Assembly: GCA_963806225.1 (NCBI GenBank)
Contig: CAWDXG010000001.1
Coordinates: 512,001 to 576,000, forward strand
DNA length: 64,000 nt
Source of the DNA: an uncultured delta proteobacterium
Lineage (GTDB): Bacteria > Myxococcota_A > Polyangia > Polyangiales > Polyangiaceae
Direction of reading: 5' to 3'
Each line of letters begins with the position of its first letter. Positions within the stretch are counted from its first letter, which is position 1. The position numbers and the translations under genes were made by a program. Under the pieces are notes generated by a model. That model did not search any database. It was not told the origin of the DNA and saw only the letters and a program-made list of their open reading frames with translations. Shown piece after piece: positions 36,290 through 46,095 of the stretch.

Positions 36290-38332
36290 ATGAAGCTCCG
36301 CACCCGATCCGCCGTCCTGACGCTACCCCTGGCCGCCGCCCTGCTCGTGGGCTGTCGCTCGCCCGAGCCGCCCGCCGCGCCGCCGGCAACGCCCGCGCCC
36401 ACCGCCAGTGCGACGCCTGCTGCGGCGCCGGCCGAAGGCAAGCACTCCGACCTACCGCGGCTGCGCTTCAACCAGCTGGCGATGCGGCTGAACCTGCCGC
36501 TCTTCTGGGCGTCGGACACGAACAAGAACGGGTCGGTGGATCCGGACGAAGCGCGGGCGCTGCTCTTCTACCCGACCCAGGGACACTGGGTGGAGGCGGG
36601 CAAGTTCACGCCGGACTTCGAGAAGGCGTACGCGGCGATCGTCGAGGCGTCCAAGGCGCCGCCGCCCACCGGGACGCCCGCGGAGGTGGCGCGTCGCAAG
36701 GCCGTCCGCGAGGAGTTCGACCAGATTTCGCCGACCCTCGTCCGCACCGATTTGAGTGGCCTGCCGGCGGCGCAGCACAAGATGGTCGAGCACGTACTGG
36801 CAGCGACGCGCGACATCGACATGCTGTATTCGATCCAGACCGGTGAGCGGGCGCTGAAAGACAAGGTGCCGAAGGACGAGCCTGCCAGCCGGAGCCTGAT
36901 GCGCCGCAACTGGGGACCCCGCTGCAAGGCGCCCAGCACCGAGAAGAACCCGGCCTGCTCGGCTATTCCGGGCGCGCCCAAGCCCGCGGTGGACGTGTAT
37001 CCGGCCGACATGCAGAAGGACGACGGCTTCTGCAAGAAGCTGGAGAAGAACCCCCACGCGAAGAAGCTGCTCACGCCGTTCTCGGTGGTGCAGGAGAAGG
37101 GCAAGAAGCTCACGGCCGTGCCGTACTCCAAGGCCTATGCGAAGTGGATGGGCAAGGTTACAGACGAGCTGACGGCGGCCGCCGACGCCATCAAGGGCTC
37201 CGACGAAGCGCCGCTGGAGGCGTATCTGCGCGCGGCGGCCCAGAGCTTCAAGGACAACAACTGGGAGCCGGCGGATGAAGCCTGGTCGAAGATGACGGCG
37301 CAGAACTCCCAATGGTACCTGCGCGTCGCGCCCGACGAGGTGTACTGGGAGCCGTGCAGCCACAAGGCGGGCTTCCATCTGACCTTTGCGAAGATCAACA
37401 AGGCTTCGCTCAAGTGGCAGAAGAAGCTGACGCCGCTGCAGCAGGACATGGAAGACTCGATCGCGAAGCTCGTCGGTGGCGCGTACAAGCCGCGGAAGGT
37501 CACCTTCCACCTGCCGGACTTCATCGACATCGTCATCAACGCCGGCGACGATCGCGATCCCTTCGGCGCGACCATCGGCCAGAGCTTGCCGAACTGGGGC
37601 AAGGTCGTCGCCCAGGGGCGCGGCCGCACGGTTGCAATGAGCAACCTGTATGCGGATCCCGACAGCCTCGCGATGCGTCACGCCGAGGATTCCTCGCTGC
37701 TCGATGCGACCACGATCAAGGAGCTCGCCGACGAGCCCACGCCCAGCCTGCTCAGCACGATCCTGCACGAGGCCACGCACAACCTCGGCCCCGCGCACGA
37801 GTACAAGTACCGCGGCAAGACGGCCTCCCAGGCGTTCGGCGGCGAAATGGCCAGCATGCTCGAGGAGCTGAAGGCGCAGAGCGGCGCGCTCTACTTCATC
37901 GACTACATCCAGAAGAAGGGCATCATCTCCCCCGAGCTCGCGAAGCAGACCTATCTGGACTCGATCACATGGTGTTTCGGCCACATCTCCCGCGGGATGT
38001 ACACGCCGGACGGGCACCGCAAGGCCTACAGCCAGCTCGCCGCGATCCAGATCGGCTACCTGATGGACCAGGGTGCGATCCACTGGAACGCCCAGGCGAA
38101 GGCCGCCGACGGCAAGGACACGGGCGCGTTCGTGGTCGAATTCGACAAGCTCCCCGCCGCCACCACCAAGCTGATGAAGCTGGTGGCCACCATCAAGGCG
38201 AAGAACGACAAGAAGGGCGCCGAGGCGCTGGCGAAGAAGTACGTCGACGGCAAGGTCGTTCCCCAGGCGGTCATCGCCAAACGCTTCCTGCGCTTCCCGA
38301 AGACGAGCTTCGTCTATTCGATCGACCTATAG
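36290..38332 (+). CDS. Peptidase M49 (dipeptidyl-peptidase III)-like zinc metallopeptidase lipoprotein
   Basis: Lipobox LLVGC; TIGQSLPN; ILHEATHNLGP (HEXXH); LEELKA (third zinc ligand). Confidence 0.78.
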   Translation: MKLRTRSAVLTLPLAAALLVGCRSPEPPAAPPATPAPTASATPAAAPAEGKHSDLPRLRFNQLAMRLNLPLFWASDTNKNGSVDPDEARALLFYPTQGHWVEAGKFTPDFEKAYAAIVEASKAPPPTGTPAEVARRKAVREEFDQISPTLVRTDLSGLPAAQHKMVEHVLAATRDIDMLYSIQTGERALKDKVPKDEPASRSLMRRNWGPRCKAPSTEKNPACSAIPGAPKPAVDVYPADMQKDDGFCKKLEKNPHAKKLLTPFSVVQEKGKKLTAVPYSKAYAKWMGKVTDELTAAADAIKGSDEAPLEAYLRAAAQSFKDNNWEPADEAWSKMTAQNSQWYLRVAPDEVYWEPCSHKAGFHLTFAKINKASLKWQKKLTPLQQDMEDSIAKLVGGAYKPRKVTFHLPDFIDIVINAGDDRDPFGATIGQSLPNWGKVVAQGRGRTVAMSNLYADPDSLAMRHAEDSSLLDATTIKELADEPTPSLLSTILHEATHNLGPAHEYKYRGKTASQAFGGEMASMLEELKAQSGALYFIDYIQKKGIISPELAKQTYLDSITWCFGHISRGMYTPDGHRKAYSQLAAIQIGYLMDQGAIHWNAQAKAADGKDTGAFVVEFDKLPAATTKLMKLVATIKAKNDKKGAEALAKKYVDGKVVPQAVIAKRFLRFPKTSFVYSIDL

Positions 38333-38388
38333 AAAAGCGCGCGGGTTGTCTTCGGGAGCAGCCGGCAGCGGCGGCTCCGCTGCGTAGC

Positions 38389-39199
38389 CTATCCGAGCAG
38401 GCCGCGGCGCGAGCCGATGCGGACCAGACGGAAATAGCCGGTGGGCATGGCGCGTTTGAGCCGCCAGAACCAGCGTCCGCTGGCGTGGGGCACGGAGTAG
38501 AGCTCGCCGCGCTCGACGGCGTCCAGAGCCATGGTGGCCACTTCCGGAGCCTGCACCTTGGTGCGCCCCATCACTTTCTCGATGAAGCCGCGCCGGCTTT
38601 CGTCGACGCCGCTGCCGCGAGCGGATGCGGCGATGTTCGTCTTGAAGAACATCGGGCAGAGCACCGTGACCGAGACGCCACTTCCGGCCAGCTCTGTGCT
38701 CAGCGCTTCCGAGAGTGCGACGACGCCCGTCTTGGTCACATTGTAGGGCGAGAGATCCGGAGCCGGGAGCAGGCCCGCCGCCGAAGCGACGTTCAGGATC
38801 GCGCCGTGTCCCTGCTTCCGGAAGCGCGGCACGAAGTAGTGACAGCCGTGGATCACCCCCCACAGGTTGATCCCCATGATCCATTGCCAGTCATCGAGTG
38901 GCACCTCACCGACTGGCCCTGCCACGGCGACGCCGGCGTTGTTCGCCACGAAATCGACTCCGCCGAGCAGCTCTTCGCTCCGGTCGGCCAATGCCGCCAC
39001 CGACTCCGCCTTCGAGAACGTCGCATTCGACGGCGTGGGCTCCTTTGCCGATCTCGTCTGCGGTCCGCTGCGCGGCTTGCAGATCGATGTCGGAGACGAC
39101 GACCTGCGCTCCGCGCCGCGACAGCTCGAGGCACAGCGTGCGGCCCAGCCCGCTGCCACCGCCGGTGACGACGGCACGGGTGTTCTTCGAGATCTTCAT
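38389..39199 (-). CDS. SDR-family NAD(P)-dependent oxidoreductase, +1 frameshift near 39017
   Basis: MKISKNTRAVVTGGGSGLG in one frame; NNAG, ASAAG and YNVTK in another. Removing one base restores ...ECDVSKAESV.... Confidence 0.88.
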
Positions 39200-39231
39200 G
39201 TCGGCTGGTGTTGTTCGTGCGGTGCGCGGGG

Positions 39232-40059
39232 TCAAGCGCCTATCTGCTGACCGACGCTTTCGAGATAGGCCTGCGCCAGGCGGAGGTTGTCGTTGTCCCA
39301 GGGGTGGAAGTCGCGGCGCAGGTACTCGCGGATGCCTCTGAGGAAGACCTTCTTGCCGATGGGATTGTCGCCGCCGAGCCGCTTGAGCTCGCGGCGCGCG
39401 TTCTTTCCCGACACGCCGTCCTGTTCGAGCAGCATGCGCGTGCCGGCTGCCCAGAACGACGCCAGCATGATTGACGCCATGGCGAGCCCCGCGACGCGCA
39501 GGGCGTAGCTCGGGTTCACCTTCTGCAGCACGTCGAACGCCACGGCCTTGTGCTCGATCTCCTCGCAGGCGTGCCAGAGCAACAGCTGACGGACGACGGG
39601 GTGCGCCTGGTCGAGCGGACCGTCGCGTAGGGCGTTGTCCGCCATGATGGCCGTGAAGTGCTCGGCCGCGGCAGTGCCGGCGAGGTTCATCGCCGGGGGC
39701 ATGAGCCTTTCCACCACGCCGTAGGCGAAGCGCTCGTAGCGCTGGAGGAAGGGGCGGATCCGGTAGCCCTGTGCCTCGAGCACCGCGAACATCCGCTCGT
39801 GCTCGTGGGCGTGCCGCCCTTCCTGCCCGAAGAAGCCCTTGATCTGCTTTCTCAGCTCCGGATCGTCGATGCGGTCCTGGTAGTGCCGCACGCTGCGGAT
39901 GAAGTAGCGTTCGCCCGCGGGAAACAGCAGGCAGACCCCGTTGGCAACGTGCGTCGCGACCGCGTTGTCGGCGAGCCAGCGCTTCGGGATCGAGTCGTCG
40001 AAGGGGAAGTCCATGCGCCGCGGCTGGATTGCCGGGCGCTCCGTCTGGGTCTGGGGCAT
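39232..40059 (-). CDS. Predicted metal-dependent hydrolase (ferritin-like, PF10118-type)
   Basis: FPAGERYFIRSV, FFGQEGRHAHEH, AAEHFTA, WHACEEIEHKAVAFD. Confidence 0.88.
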   Translation of the reverse strand: MPQTQTERPAIQPRRMDFPFDDSIPKRWLADNAVATHVANGVCLLFPAGERYFIRSVRHYQDRIDDPELRKQIKGFFGQEGRHAHEHERMFAVLEAQGYRIRPFLQRYERFAYGVVERLMPPAMNLAGTAAAEHFTAIMADNALRDGPLDQAHPVVRQLLLWHACEEIEHKAVAFDVLQKVNPSYALRVAGLAMASIMLASFWAAGTRMLLEQDGVSGKNARRELKRLGGDNPIGKKVFLRGIREYLRRDFHPWDNDNLRLAQAYLESVGQQIGA

Positions 40060-40074
40060 CGGGCACCTCGCGCT

Positions 40075-40148
40075 TGTTGAACCATGTTCAACAGCTATTG
40101 AACCAAAGTCAATAGCACCGTGGGGCGCTATTGAACAGAAGTCAATAG
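40075..40148. promoter_or_regulatory. Three palindromic operator sites (TTGA-N7-TCAA) between the hydrolase and divergent TetR genes
   Basis: TGTTGAACCATGTTCAACA (40075-40093), GCTATTGAACCAAAGTCAATAGC (40094-40116), CTATTGAACAGAAGTCAATAG (40128-40148). Confidence 0.8.
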
Positions 40149-40165
40149 GGGGGTAGGGTGATTCC

Positions 40166-40771
40166 GTGAGCGCCCCGGTGAGCGAGCCGCGCAGCCGGCT
40201 GCAGGTGGACGAGCGGCGCGCCCAGCTGCTCTCGCTAGGCATGGAGCTGTTTTCCAGCCACAGCTTCGACGAGCTGTCGGTGGACGACATCTCGCGCGCC
40301 GCCGGCATCAGCAAGGGCCTCATCTACCACTACTTCGAGAGCAAGCGCGGCTTCTACGTCGCCTGCATCCGGGCGTCGGCCGAGCAGCTGCGGGCGCGGA
40401 CCGACCTCGCCGCCGCCGACAATCCGCTCGACCAGCTTCGCGCCGGGCTCGACGCCTACCTCGGCTACGTCGAGGTCCATGCGCACGCCTACGTGACGCT
40501 GTTCCGCGGCGGCATCGGCTTCGATCCCGAGGTCGGACAGATCGTCGAGGAAACGCGGCAGCACTTCGTCCAGCGCATGCTCGAGAAGCTCGATCCCGGG
40601 GCGGCGAAGCTGCCGCGCGTCCGCAACGCCCTGCGCGGCTACGTGGGCTTCGTGGAGGCCGCCGCCATGGACTGGGCGGACCACCACGATGTCGACCGCG
40701 ACCGGTTGCTCGAACTGCTTGTGACGATGGCGGAGCAGACCGTACGGTCTGTGGGTGCGGCGCCGGAGTAG
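40166..40771 (+). CDS. TetR/AcrR family transcriptional regulator
   Basis: ELFSSHSFDELSVDDISRAAGISKGLIYHYFESK. Confidence 0.95.
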   Translation: MSAPVSEPRSRLQVDERRAQLLSLGMELFSSHSFDELSVDDISRAAGISKGLIYHYFESKRGFYVACIRASAEQLRARTDLAAADNPLDQLRAGLDAYLGYVEVHAHAYVTLFRGGIGFDPEVGQIVEETRQHFVQRMLEKLDPGAAKLPRVRNALRGYVGFVEAAAMDWADHHDVDRDRLLELLVTMAEQTVRSVGAAPE

Positions 40772-41588
40772 CTCGCTTCTTCTCGTGCTCGCCCTTGTGC
40801 CCGGCGTCGCCCACGCCGAGCCCGGAGCGCGCCCGACGCCGACGCCCTTCGACGGCCTGGGCGACAACGTACTTTACGCCTTTTCGGGGTCGCGGCTGCT
40901 GTTTTCCGCAGCGGCGGTGGCTGCCACGGGTGGGCTGGCTTTCTCGGGCGAGGACCACGCGCTGCGCGCCGCAGTGCAGCGCCAGATCGCGTCGCCTGCG
41001 TGGGGCGACACCGCGTACTACGGCGGCTACATCGCCCCGGCCGTGGTGGCGCCCGGGCTGTACGTGATCGGGCTGGCGTCGCGCGACCGCGAGACGACGG
41101 GTGCGGGGGCCGCGGCGCTGCAGGCGCTGGTCGTCACGCTGGGCGTGACGGGCGTGCTCAAGGTCGCCACCGGTCGCCCCTATCCTCTGCATGGTGGCGA
41201 CCCGTCCGCGCCCGACCGCCTCGATCATCCGGAATATGCTCGCGAGTTCCACCCGTTCCGGCTGAAGCTGGCCGACGTGTCCTGGCCGTCCGGTCACACC
41301 TCCGCCAGCGTGTCCATCGCCGCGGCACTCGCCGCGTACTACTCCGACGAGCCGTGGGTCGCGCTGGTCGGCTACCCGCTCGCTCTCGGCATCGGTTTCG
41401 GGATGGTCGATGGCGACCGCCACTGGACCTCCGACGTGATCTCCGGTGCGCTCCTGGGTCATGTGATCGGCTGGAGCGTCGGGCGAGGCTTCCGCGAGAG
41501 CCTTCTGCCGGATGGATCGCGGTCGATCGTGCTGCCCCGTGGGCTGCCCGGCGGCGGCATGGAGCTCGACTGGGTCGGGCAGTTCTAG
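40755..41588 (+). CDS. PAP2-family phosphatase
   Basis: KVATGRPYP, PSGH, HWTSDV; N-terminal signal peptide. Confidence 0.88.
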   Translation: MRRRSSSLLLVLALVPGVAHAEPGARPTPTPFDGLGDNVLYAFSGSRLLFSAAAVAATGGLAFSGEDHALRAAVQRQIASPAWGDTAYYGGYIAPAVVAPGLYVIGLASRDRETTGAGAAALQALVVTLGVTGVLKVATGRPYPLHGGDPSAPDRLDHPEYAREFHPFRLKLADVSWPSGHTSASVSIAAALAAYYSDEPWVALVGYPLALGIGFGMVDGDRHWTSDVISGALLGHVIGWSVGRGFRESLLPDGSRSIVLPRGLPGGGMELDWVGQF

Positions 41589-41602
41589 GCGCCGGTGCGC
41601 GG

Positions 41603-42262
41603 CTACAACCCGAGCGCGCCGAGGTCCAGATCCGCGTAGCGCTTGATGACGAGGTGCGCGTCCGTGTAGCGGCTCGCGTCCATCTCTGGATCCGGCAGCG
41701 CCACCACCTGCATGCCTGCCGCGCGCGCCGCCTCGACGCCTGCGAGCGAGTCCTCGAACACCAGACAGTTGGCGGGGTCGGCGCCGAGCTCCTCCGCCGC
41801 GACAAGGAAGATGTCCGGTGCCGGTTTGAGCGCGCCCACGCGCGGGTCGTCGCCGCTGACGATGGCGCAAAATAGACCGAACCACTCGTGGCGCTCTACC
41901 TTGAGGCGCGTCAGCGCGCTCTCGCCGCTGGTCGCGACCACCATCGGCACGCCGCGCTCGTGGAGCGACCGCACCAGCGCGCTGGCTCCGGCAATCTCCT
42001 CGACTTCGGGGAACATGCGGTCGAGCAGCGGGCGGCGGCGGGCGAGGTACTCCTCTGGCTCGAGCGGCACGTCGAGGGCCTGCATCAGGTAGCGCGCGCC
42101 GTCGAGCGAGCTCCGGCCAATCATGTTGCCCTTGACCGACCAGTCGAAGACCTTGCCGAACTCGTCGAGGATGTGCTGCGTCGCGCGCGTGTAGACCGGT
42201 TCGGTGTCGAGCAGGACGCCGTCGAGATCGAAGATGACGTGTTCGGGCCGGGTGGCGAGCAT
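41603..42262 (-). CDS. HAD-IA family phosphatase (HDHD1/pseudouridine-5'-phosphatase-like)
   Basis: FDLDGVLLDTE, ATS, KPAPDIF, FEDS. Confidence 0.9.
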   Translation of the reverse strand: MLATRPEHVIFDLDGVLLDTEPVYTRATQHILDEFGKVFDWSVKGNMIGRSSLDGARYLMQALDVPLEPEEYLARRRPLLDRMFPEVEEIAGASALVRSLHERGVPMVVATSGESALTRLKVERHEWFGLFCAIVSGDDPRVGALKPAPDIFLVAAEELGADPANCLVFEDSLAGVEAARAAGMQVVALPDPEMDASRYTDAHLVIKRYADLDLGALGL

Positions 42263-42287
42263 CGGACGGTGGGATATAAGGGATGTC

Positions 42288-43103
42288 ATGCAGGGCGCAA
42301 GCGCCAAAGCGAATCGTGCGGGAATCGAGCTGGGATACTCGGTGCAGGGAGACGGCCCCGAAACAGTGCTCCTGATCCAGGGTCTGGGGGCACGGGCGGC
42401 GGACTGGGGGCCGGCGCTGCCGCGGGCACTCGCCGAGCGCTTCCGCGTCGTGATGTTCGACAACCGCGGAACGGGTTCGTCGTCCAGGCCGCGCGAGGCG
42501 TGGACGCTCGAGGACATGGCTCTGGACGCGCTGGCGGTGCTGGATTCAGTCGGTGCCGAGCGCGCGCACGTGGTCGGTGTTTCGATGGGCGGGATGATCG
42601 CCCAGCTCATCGCGCTCGATCATGCGTCGCGCGTCGAACGGCTCGTCTTTCTGTCGACGAATGCCGGCGGGCGTTCGGCCGTGCATCCGGGCCCGGAGAT
42701 GCTGAGCGTGTTCCAGCCGCCCCGGGGCACGCCGCCGGAGCAGATCATGCGACACGCGCTCGAGCTGATCGGCGCGCCGGGCTGGGCGGCGTCGCACCCT
42801 TCCGAGGTCGAGGAGCTGGTGCGGCTCTCGGTGGAGCAGCCGACGCCGAAATATGCTTTCAGCGCGCAGCTCCAGGCCTTGCTCTCGAGCGACCGTTCGG
42901 AGCGCGTCCGGGACATCGCGCAGCCGACGCTCGTCATCCACGGCGACGCCGATCGGCTGATTCCGGTCCAGAACGGCCGTTTGCTCGCAGAACGCATCCC
43001 CGGCGCGCGCCTGGCGATCCTCGACGGAGTTGGCCACATGGCGATGTGGGAAGCGCCCGAGCGGCTGTCCCGCGTCGTCGTCGATTTTCTCGCTGGAGGG
43101 TGA
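42288..43103 (+). CDS. Alpha/beta fold hydrolase
   Basis: FDNRGTG, GVSMGG, HGDAD, GH. Confidence 0.9.
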   Translation: MQGASAKANRAGIELGYSVQGDGPETVLLIQGLGARAADWGPALPRALAERFRVVMFDNRGTGSSSRPREAWTLEDMALDALAVLDSVGAERAHVVGVSMGGMIAQLIALDHASRVERLVFLSTNAGGRSAVHPGPEMLSVFQPPRGTPPEQIMRHALELIGAPGWAASHPSEVEELVRLSVEQPTPKYAFSAQLQALLSSDRSERVRDIAQPTLVIHGDADRLIPVQNGRLLAERIPGARLAILDGVGHMAMWEAPERLSRVVVDFLAGG

Positions 43104-43143
43104 TGGGTTTCCGACCGGGGCCGGCATCGTCTACGCTGAGGCG

Positions 43144-44670
43144 ATGATCGAAGAGGTGAAACTCAGCCCCAAGCTCACGCTCGACGACTATGCCTCCTAC
43201 GCGCATCTGGCCAATACCGTTGCCGAGCTGAGGAGCGAGGCCGGGCTCCTGTCGCCGAAGCTCTCGGGCCGCACGGTGTGGATGATCAACTCGACGGCCA
43301 AGGGTGGCGGCGTCGCCGAGATGCTGCCGCACTATGTGTCGCTCATGAACCAGATCGGCGTGAAGACGCGCTGGCTCGTCATCGGCACCGATCGGACGGA
43401 GTTCTTCAACTTCACGAAGAAGCTGCACAACCTGATTCACGGAGCCGGCGAACCGGAGATCACCCAGGACGAGCTCGAGCTCTACGAGACGGTGAGCCGG
43501 GAGCTGGCAGACGAGCTGCGCGGGTGGGTCGCCCCCGACGACATCCTGGTGGTGCACGATCCGCAGCCGGCGGGCATGGGGGCGAAGATCGCCGAGGAGC
43601 TCGGCGTGATGTGCATCTGGCGCTGCCACATCGGTCTCGACGCGGAGCTGCCCCAGACGCGGGTGGCCTGGGACTTCCTGAAGCCGTACATCGAGCAGTA
43701 CGACCAGAGCGTATGGACCGCGACGGAGTACATCCCGCACTACCTGTCGAGCAACGTCGCGGTGATCCATCCGTCCATCGACCCGCTGTCGCACAAGAAC
43801 CGGGAGCTTTCGGCGCACAAGCTCATCGGCGTCCTGTGCAACTCGGCCCTGCTCCGCCAATACGGGCCCGTGCTGACGCCGCCGTTCGAGACGCCCGTGC
43901 AGCGGCTCAAGCCCGACGGGAGCTTCGCGCCGGCGACGCAGGCCGACGAGCTGGGCGTGCCGTTCCGGCCCATCGTCACGCAGATTTCCCGCTGGGACAG
44001 GCTCAAAGGCTGGCGGCCGCTGCTCGACGCCTTCGTGACGCTCAAGCGGGACAGGGAACGGTTCATCGAGCCCGGAGACGATCGCCACCGCCAGCGCCTC
44101 GGCATCGTGCGGCTGGTGCTCGCCGGGCCGGAGCCGGCGGCCGTCCAGGACGACCCGGAGGCGAAGGAAGTGCTGGACGAGCTGTGCGACGCCTACAAGT
44201 CGCTGACACCGGACCTACAGGACGATGTCGCGCTCTTGAGCCTGCCGATGTCGTCGCTCAAGGTGAACGCGTTGATGGTCAACGCGCTGCAGCGCTGCTC
44301 GACCGTGGTCGTCCAGAACTCGCTGCGCGAAGGCTTCGGACTGACCGCGACCGAGGCGATGTGGAAGCGCACGCCGGTACTCGGCAGCTCGGCGTGCGGA
44401 CTCCGCCAGCAGATCCGCAACGACATCGACGGTCACCTCGTGGACGATCCTGAAGACGTGCACGAGGTGGCGGACGCGCTATCGCGCCTGCTTTCTGATC
44501 CGCTGCAGCGCGATGCCCTTTCGCGCCGCGCCCAGCGTCGCGTGCACGACGAATTCCTGGTGTTCAAGCAGGTCATGCGCTGGATCCGGCTGCTCGCGTC
44601 CACGGTCGAACCGCGGCGGACCTCGTCGCGGCCCGCTTCGATCCGGCCGCTGCCGTCGCGCCGCCGCTAG
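43144..44670 (+). CDS. treT: GT4 glycosyltransferase, TreT-like trehalose synthase
   Basis: INSTAKGGGVAEML, HDPQP, WRCHI, QISRWDRLKG, VNALQR, REGFGLTATEAMWK. Confidence 0.8.
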   Translation: MIEEVKLSPKLTLDDYASYAHLANTVAELRSEAGLLSPKLSGRTVWMINSTAKGGGVAEMLPHYVSLMNQIGVKTRWLVIGTDRTEFFNFTKKLHNLIHGAGEPEITQDELELYETVSRELADELRGWVAPDDILVVHDPQPAGMGAKIAEELGVMCIWRCHIGLDAELPQTRVAWDFLKPYIEQYDQSVWTATEYIPHYLSSNVAVIHPSIDPLSHKNRELSAHKLIGVLCNSALLRQYGPVLTPPFETPVQRLKPDGSFAPATQADELGVPFRPIVTQISRWDRLKGWRPLLDAFVTLKRDRERFIEPGDDRHRQRLGIVRLVLAGPEPAAVQDDPEAKEVLDELCDAYKSLTPDLQDDVALLSLPMSSLKVNALMVNALQRCSTVVVQNSLREGFGLTATEAMWKRTPVLGSSACGLRQQIRNDIDGHLVDDPEDVHEVADALSRLLSDPLQRDALSRRAQRRVHDEFLVFKQVMRWIRLLASTVEPRRTSSRPASIRPLPSRRR

Positions 44671-46037
44671 CGGGCGCTCGCAACGCGCGCGGTGCTCGAG
44701 GCGACCTCGAGGAATTCGCGGCCCAACTCCTGGCCGAACCGGTCCTTGACCTCGACGCGGACGACCCACGGACCGGGACCGGCGCGTGCGGGAACGATGC
44801 TCGTCAGCGTGTCCCCCCGCCGTGTCCAGTGCACATTCACCGGCGAACCGTTGATGCTGACTTGAGTCTCGATCTTGATCGACGAGGGAATGGGGTGATT
44901 GTTCCAGTCGACGACGCGCACGGCCACGTGGACCGTGTCGCTGGGCCAGCGGGCCAGCTGCGGACCGATCTCGATGCGAGCCGACAGGCCCAGAGGTGCG
45001 AGCGTGAGCGATGCGGAATCTCGAGTCGCGCCTGCTTGGCGGAATCGAACGCGCGTGGCGTGCCCGCGCGCCAGACCAATGCTGACCGGGGCGGGGATGT
45101 AGGAGGACGCCGCGTCGTAGCTCACCTGGACGCCCTCGACGTGTTTGAAGTGAACGCGCTGTCCGCGACGAAGGAGCACCGCGCCGCCCGACATGAACGA
45201 ACCTGCGGGTAGGTCCACGCCGACGACGCGCACGCTGTCGGGAGCCGACATCGGTCCTTCCAGGCCAAAGCGATCGACGGGCTGCGCACGCACCTCGTAG
45301 AGGCCCGGGCCCAGTTGGTCGATACGGGCGGTGTGGGTCGAAGTGCGCAGGCTGCGCACCAGGGTGCCGTCTGGACGCGAAACGCTGACATTGTAGCGGG
45401 CCGCGCCCGGTACCGGCAGCCACACTGCCGTCGTCTCGCCGCTCGCGCCCTGGAGCGACAGCAGCAGCGGATCCGACATGGCGATGTGCGTCGCTCCGAG
45501 CAATCGGTGCGGTTTCCCCGATGGATCCGCCGGGCTGATGCTGCGTGCCATGCCCTCCCGGAGCGGTCGCCATTCGTTGCCCAGCGCGGCGACCATGTTG
45601 CCTCGCGCGGCCGCCACCGTCACGCCGGCCGCTGAGCTGAGAACGATGCCGTGGCCGCCTTCGACGACCGCGCTCACCTGGCGCGGTGCGCGCACCAGGA
45701 CAGCGACCCGGAGCGGTTTGGCAACGGGCACCCACACGTCGATTCGGCCTTCCAGCAGATCGAGCGAGCGCGCGGGCGTGGAAGCCTGTCCCGCCCTTCC
45801 GAGCACGAGCTGCGTGGAGCGCTCGAAACGCACTCGCGTGCCAGGAGCCAGGCGGAGCTTGATGCCGTCCGCCAGCTTGGCGGTCGTGCCGTCAGCGCCA
45901 CCGCGCATTTCGCTGCCGGGCGCGCCGATCGGGTCCGCAGACTTTGCAGACCGCGGGGTCTGGGCCCCTGCCAACGGAGCGGCGAGCAGAGTGACGGCAA
46001 TCAATGACGCCGCAATGCCGAACCTCGTGTGTGTCAT
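44667..46037 (-). CDS. Secreted protein with a FecR-like N-terminal domain and FN3/Ig-like domains
   Basis: Signal peptide; LADGIKLRLAPGT, LDLLEGRIDV; WLPVPGAARYNVSV, LGPGLYEVRAQPVD. Confidence 0.6.
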   Translation of the reverse strand: MTHTRFGIAASLIAVTLLAAPLAGAQTPRSAKSADPIGAPGSEMRGGADGTTAKLADGIKLRLAPGTRVRFERSTQLVLGRAGQASTPARSLDLLEGRIDVWVPVAKPLRVAVLVRAPRQVSAVVEGGHGIVLSSAAGVTVAAARGNMVAALGNEWRPLREGMARSISPADPSGKPHRLLGATHIAMSDPLLLSLQGASGETTAVWLPVPGAARYNVSVSRPDGTLVRSLRTSTHTARIDQLGPGLYEVRAQPVDRFGLEGPMSAPDSVRVVGVDLPAGSFMSGGAVLLRRGQRVHFKHVEGVQVSYDAASSYIPAPVSIGLARGHATRVRFRQAGATRDSASLTLAPLGLSARIEIGPQLARWPSDTVHVAVRVVDWNNHPIPSSIKIETQVSINGSPVNVHWTRRGDTLTSIVPARAGPGPWVVRVEVKDRFGQELGREFLEVASSTARVASAR

Positions 46038-46095
46038 CAGTCCCCACTACGGCCGCGCGCGGAGTAGTCTTGAGGGCAGGGTTGGAGGTTTTGTG

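Noticed and set aside
38389..39199. Frameshifted genes (SDR, DUF362, OYE and two lipoproteins) as true pseudogenes
   Set aside because: Each has one lesion in a similar sequence context and otherwise intact motifs, so sequencing error is more parsimonious.
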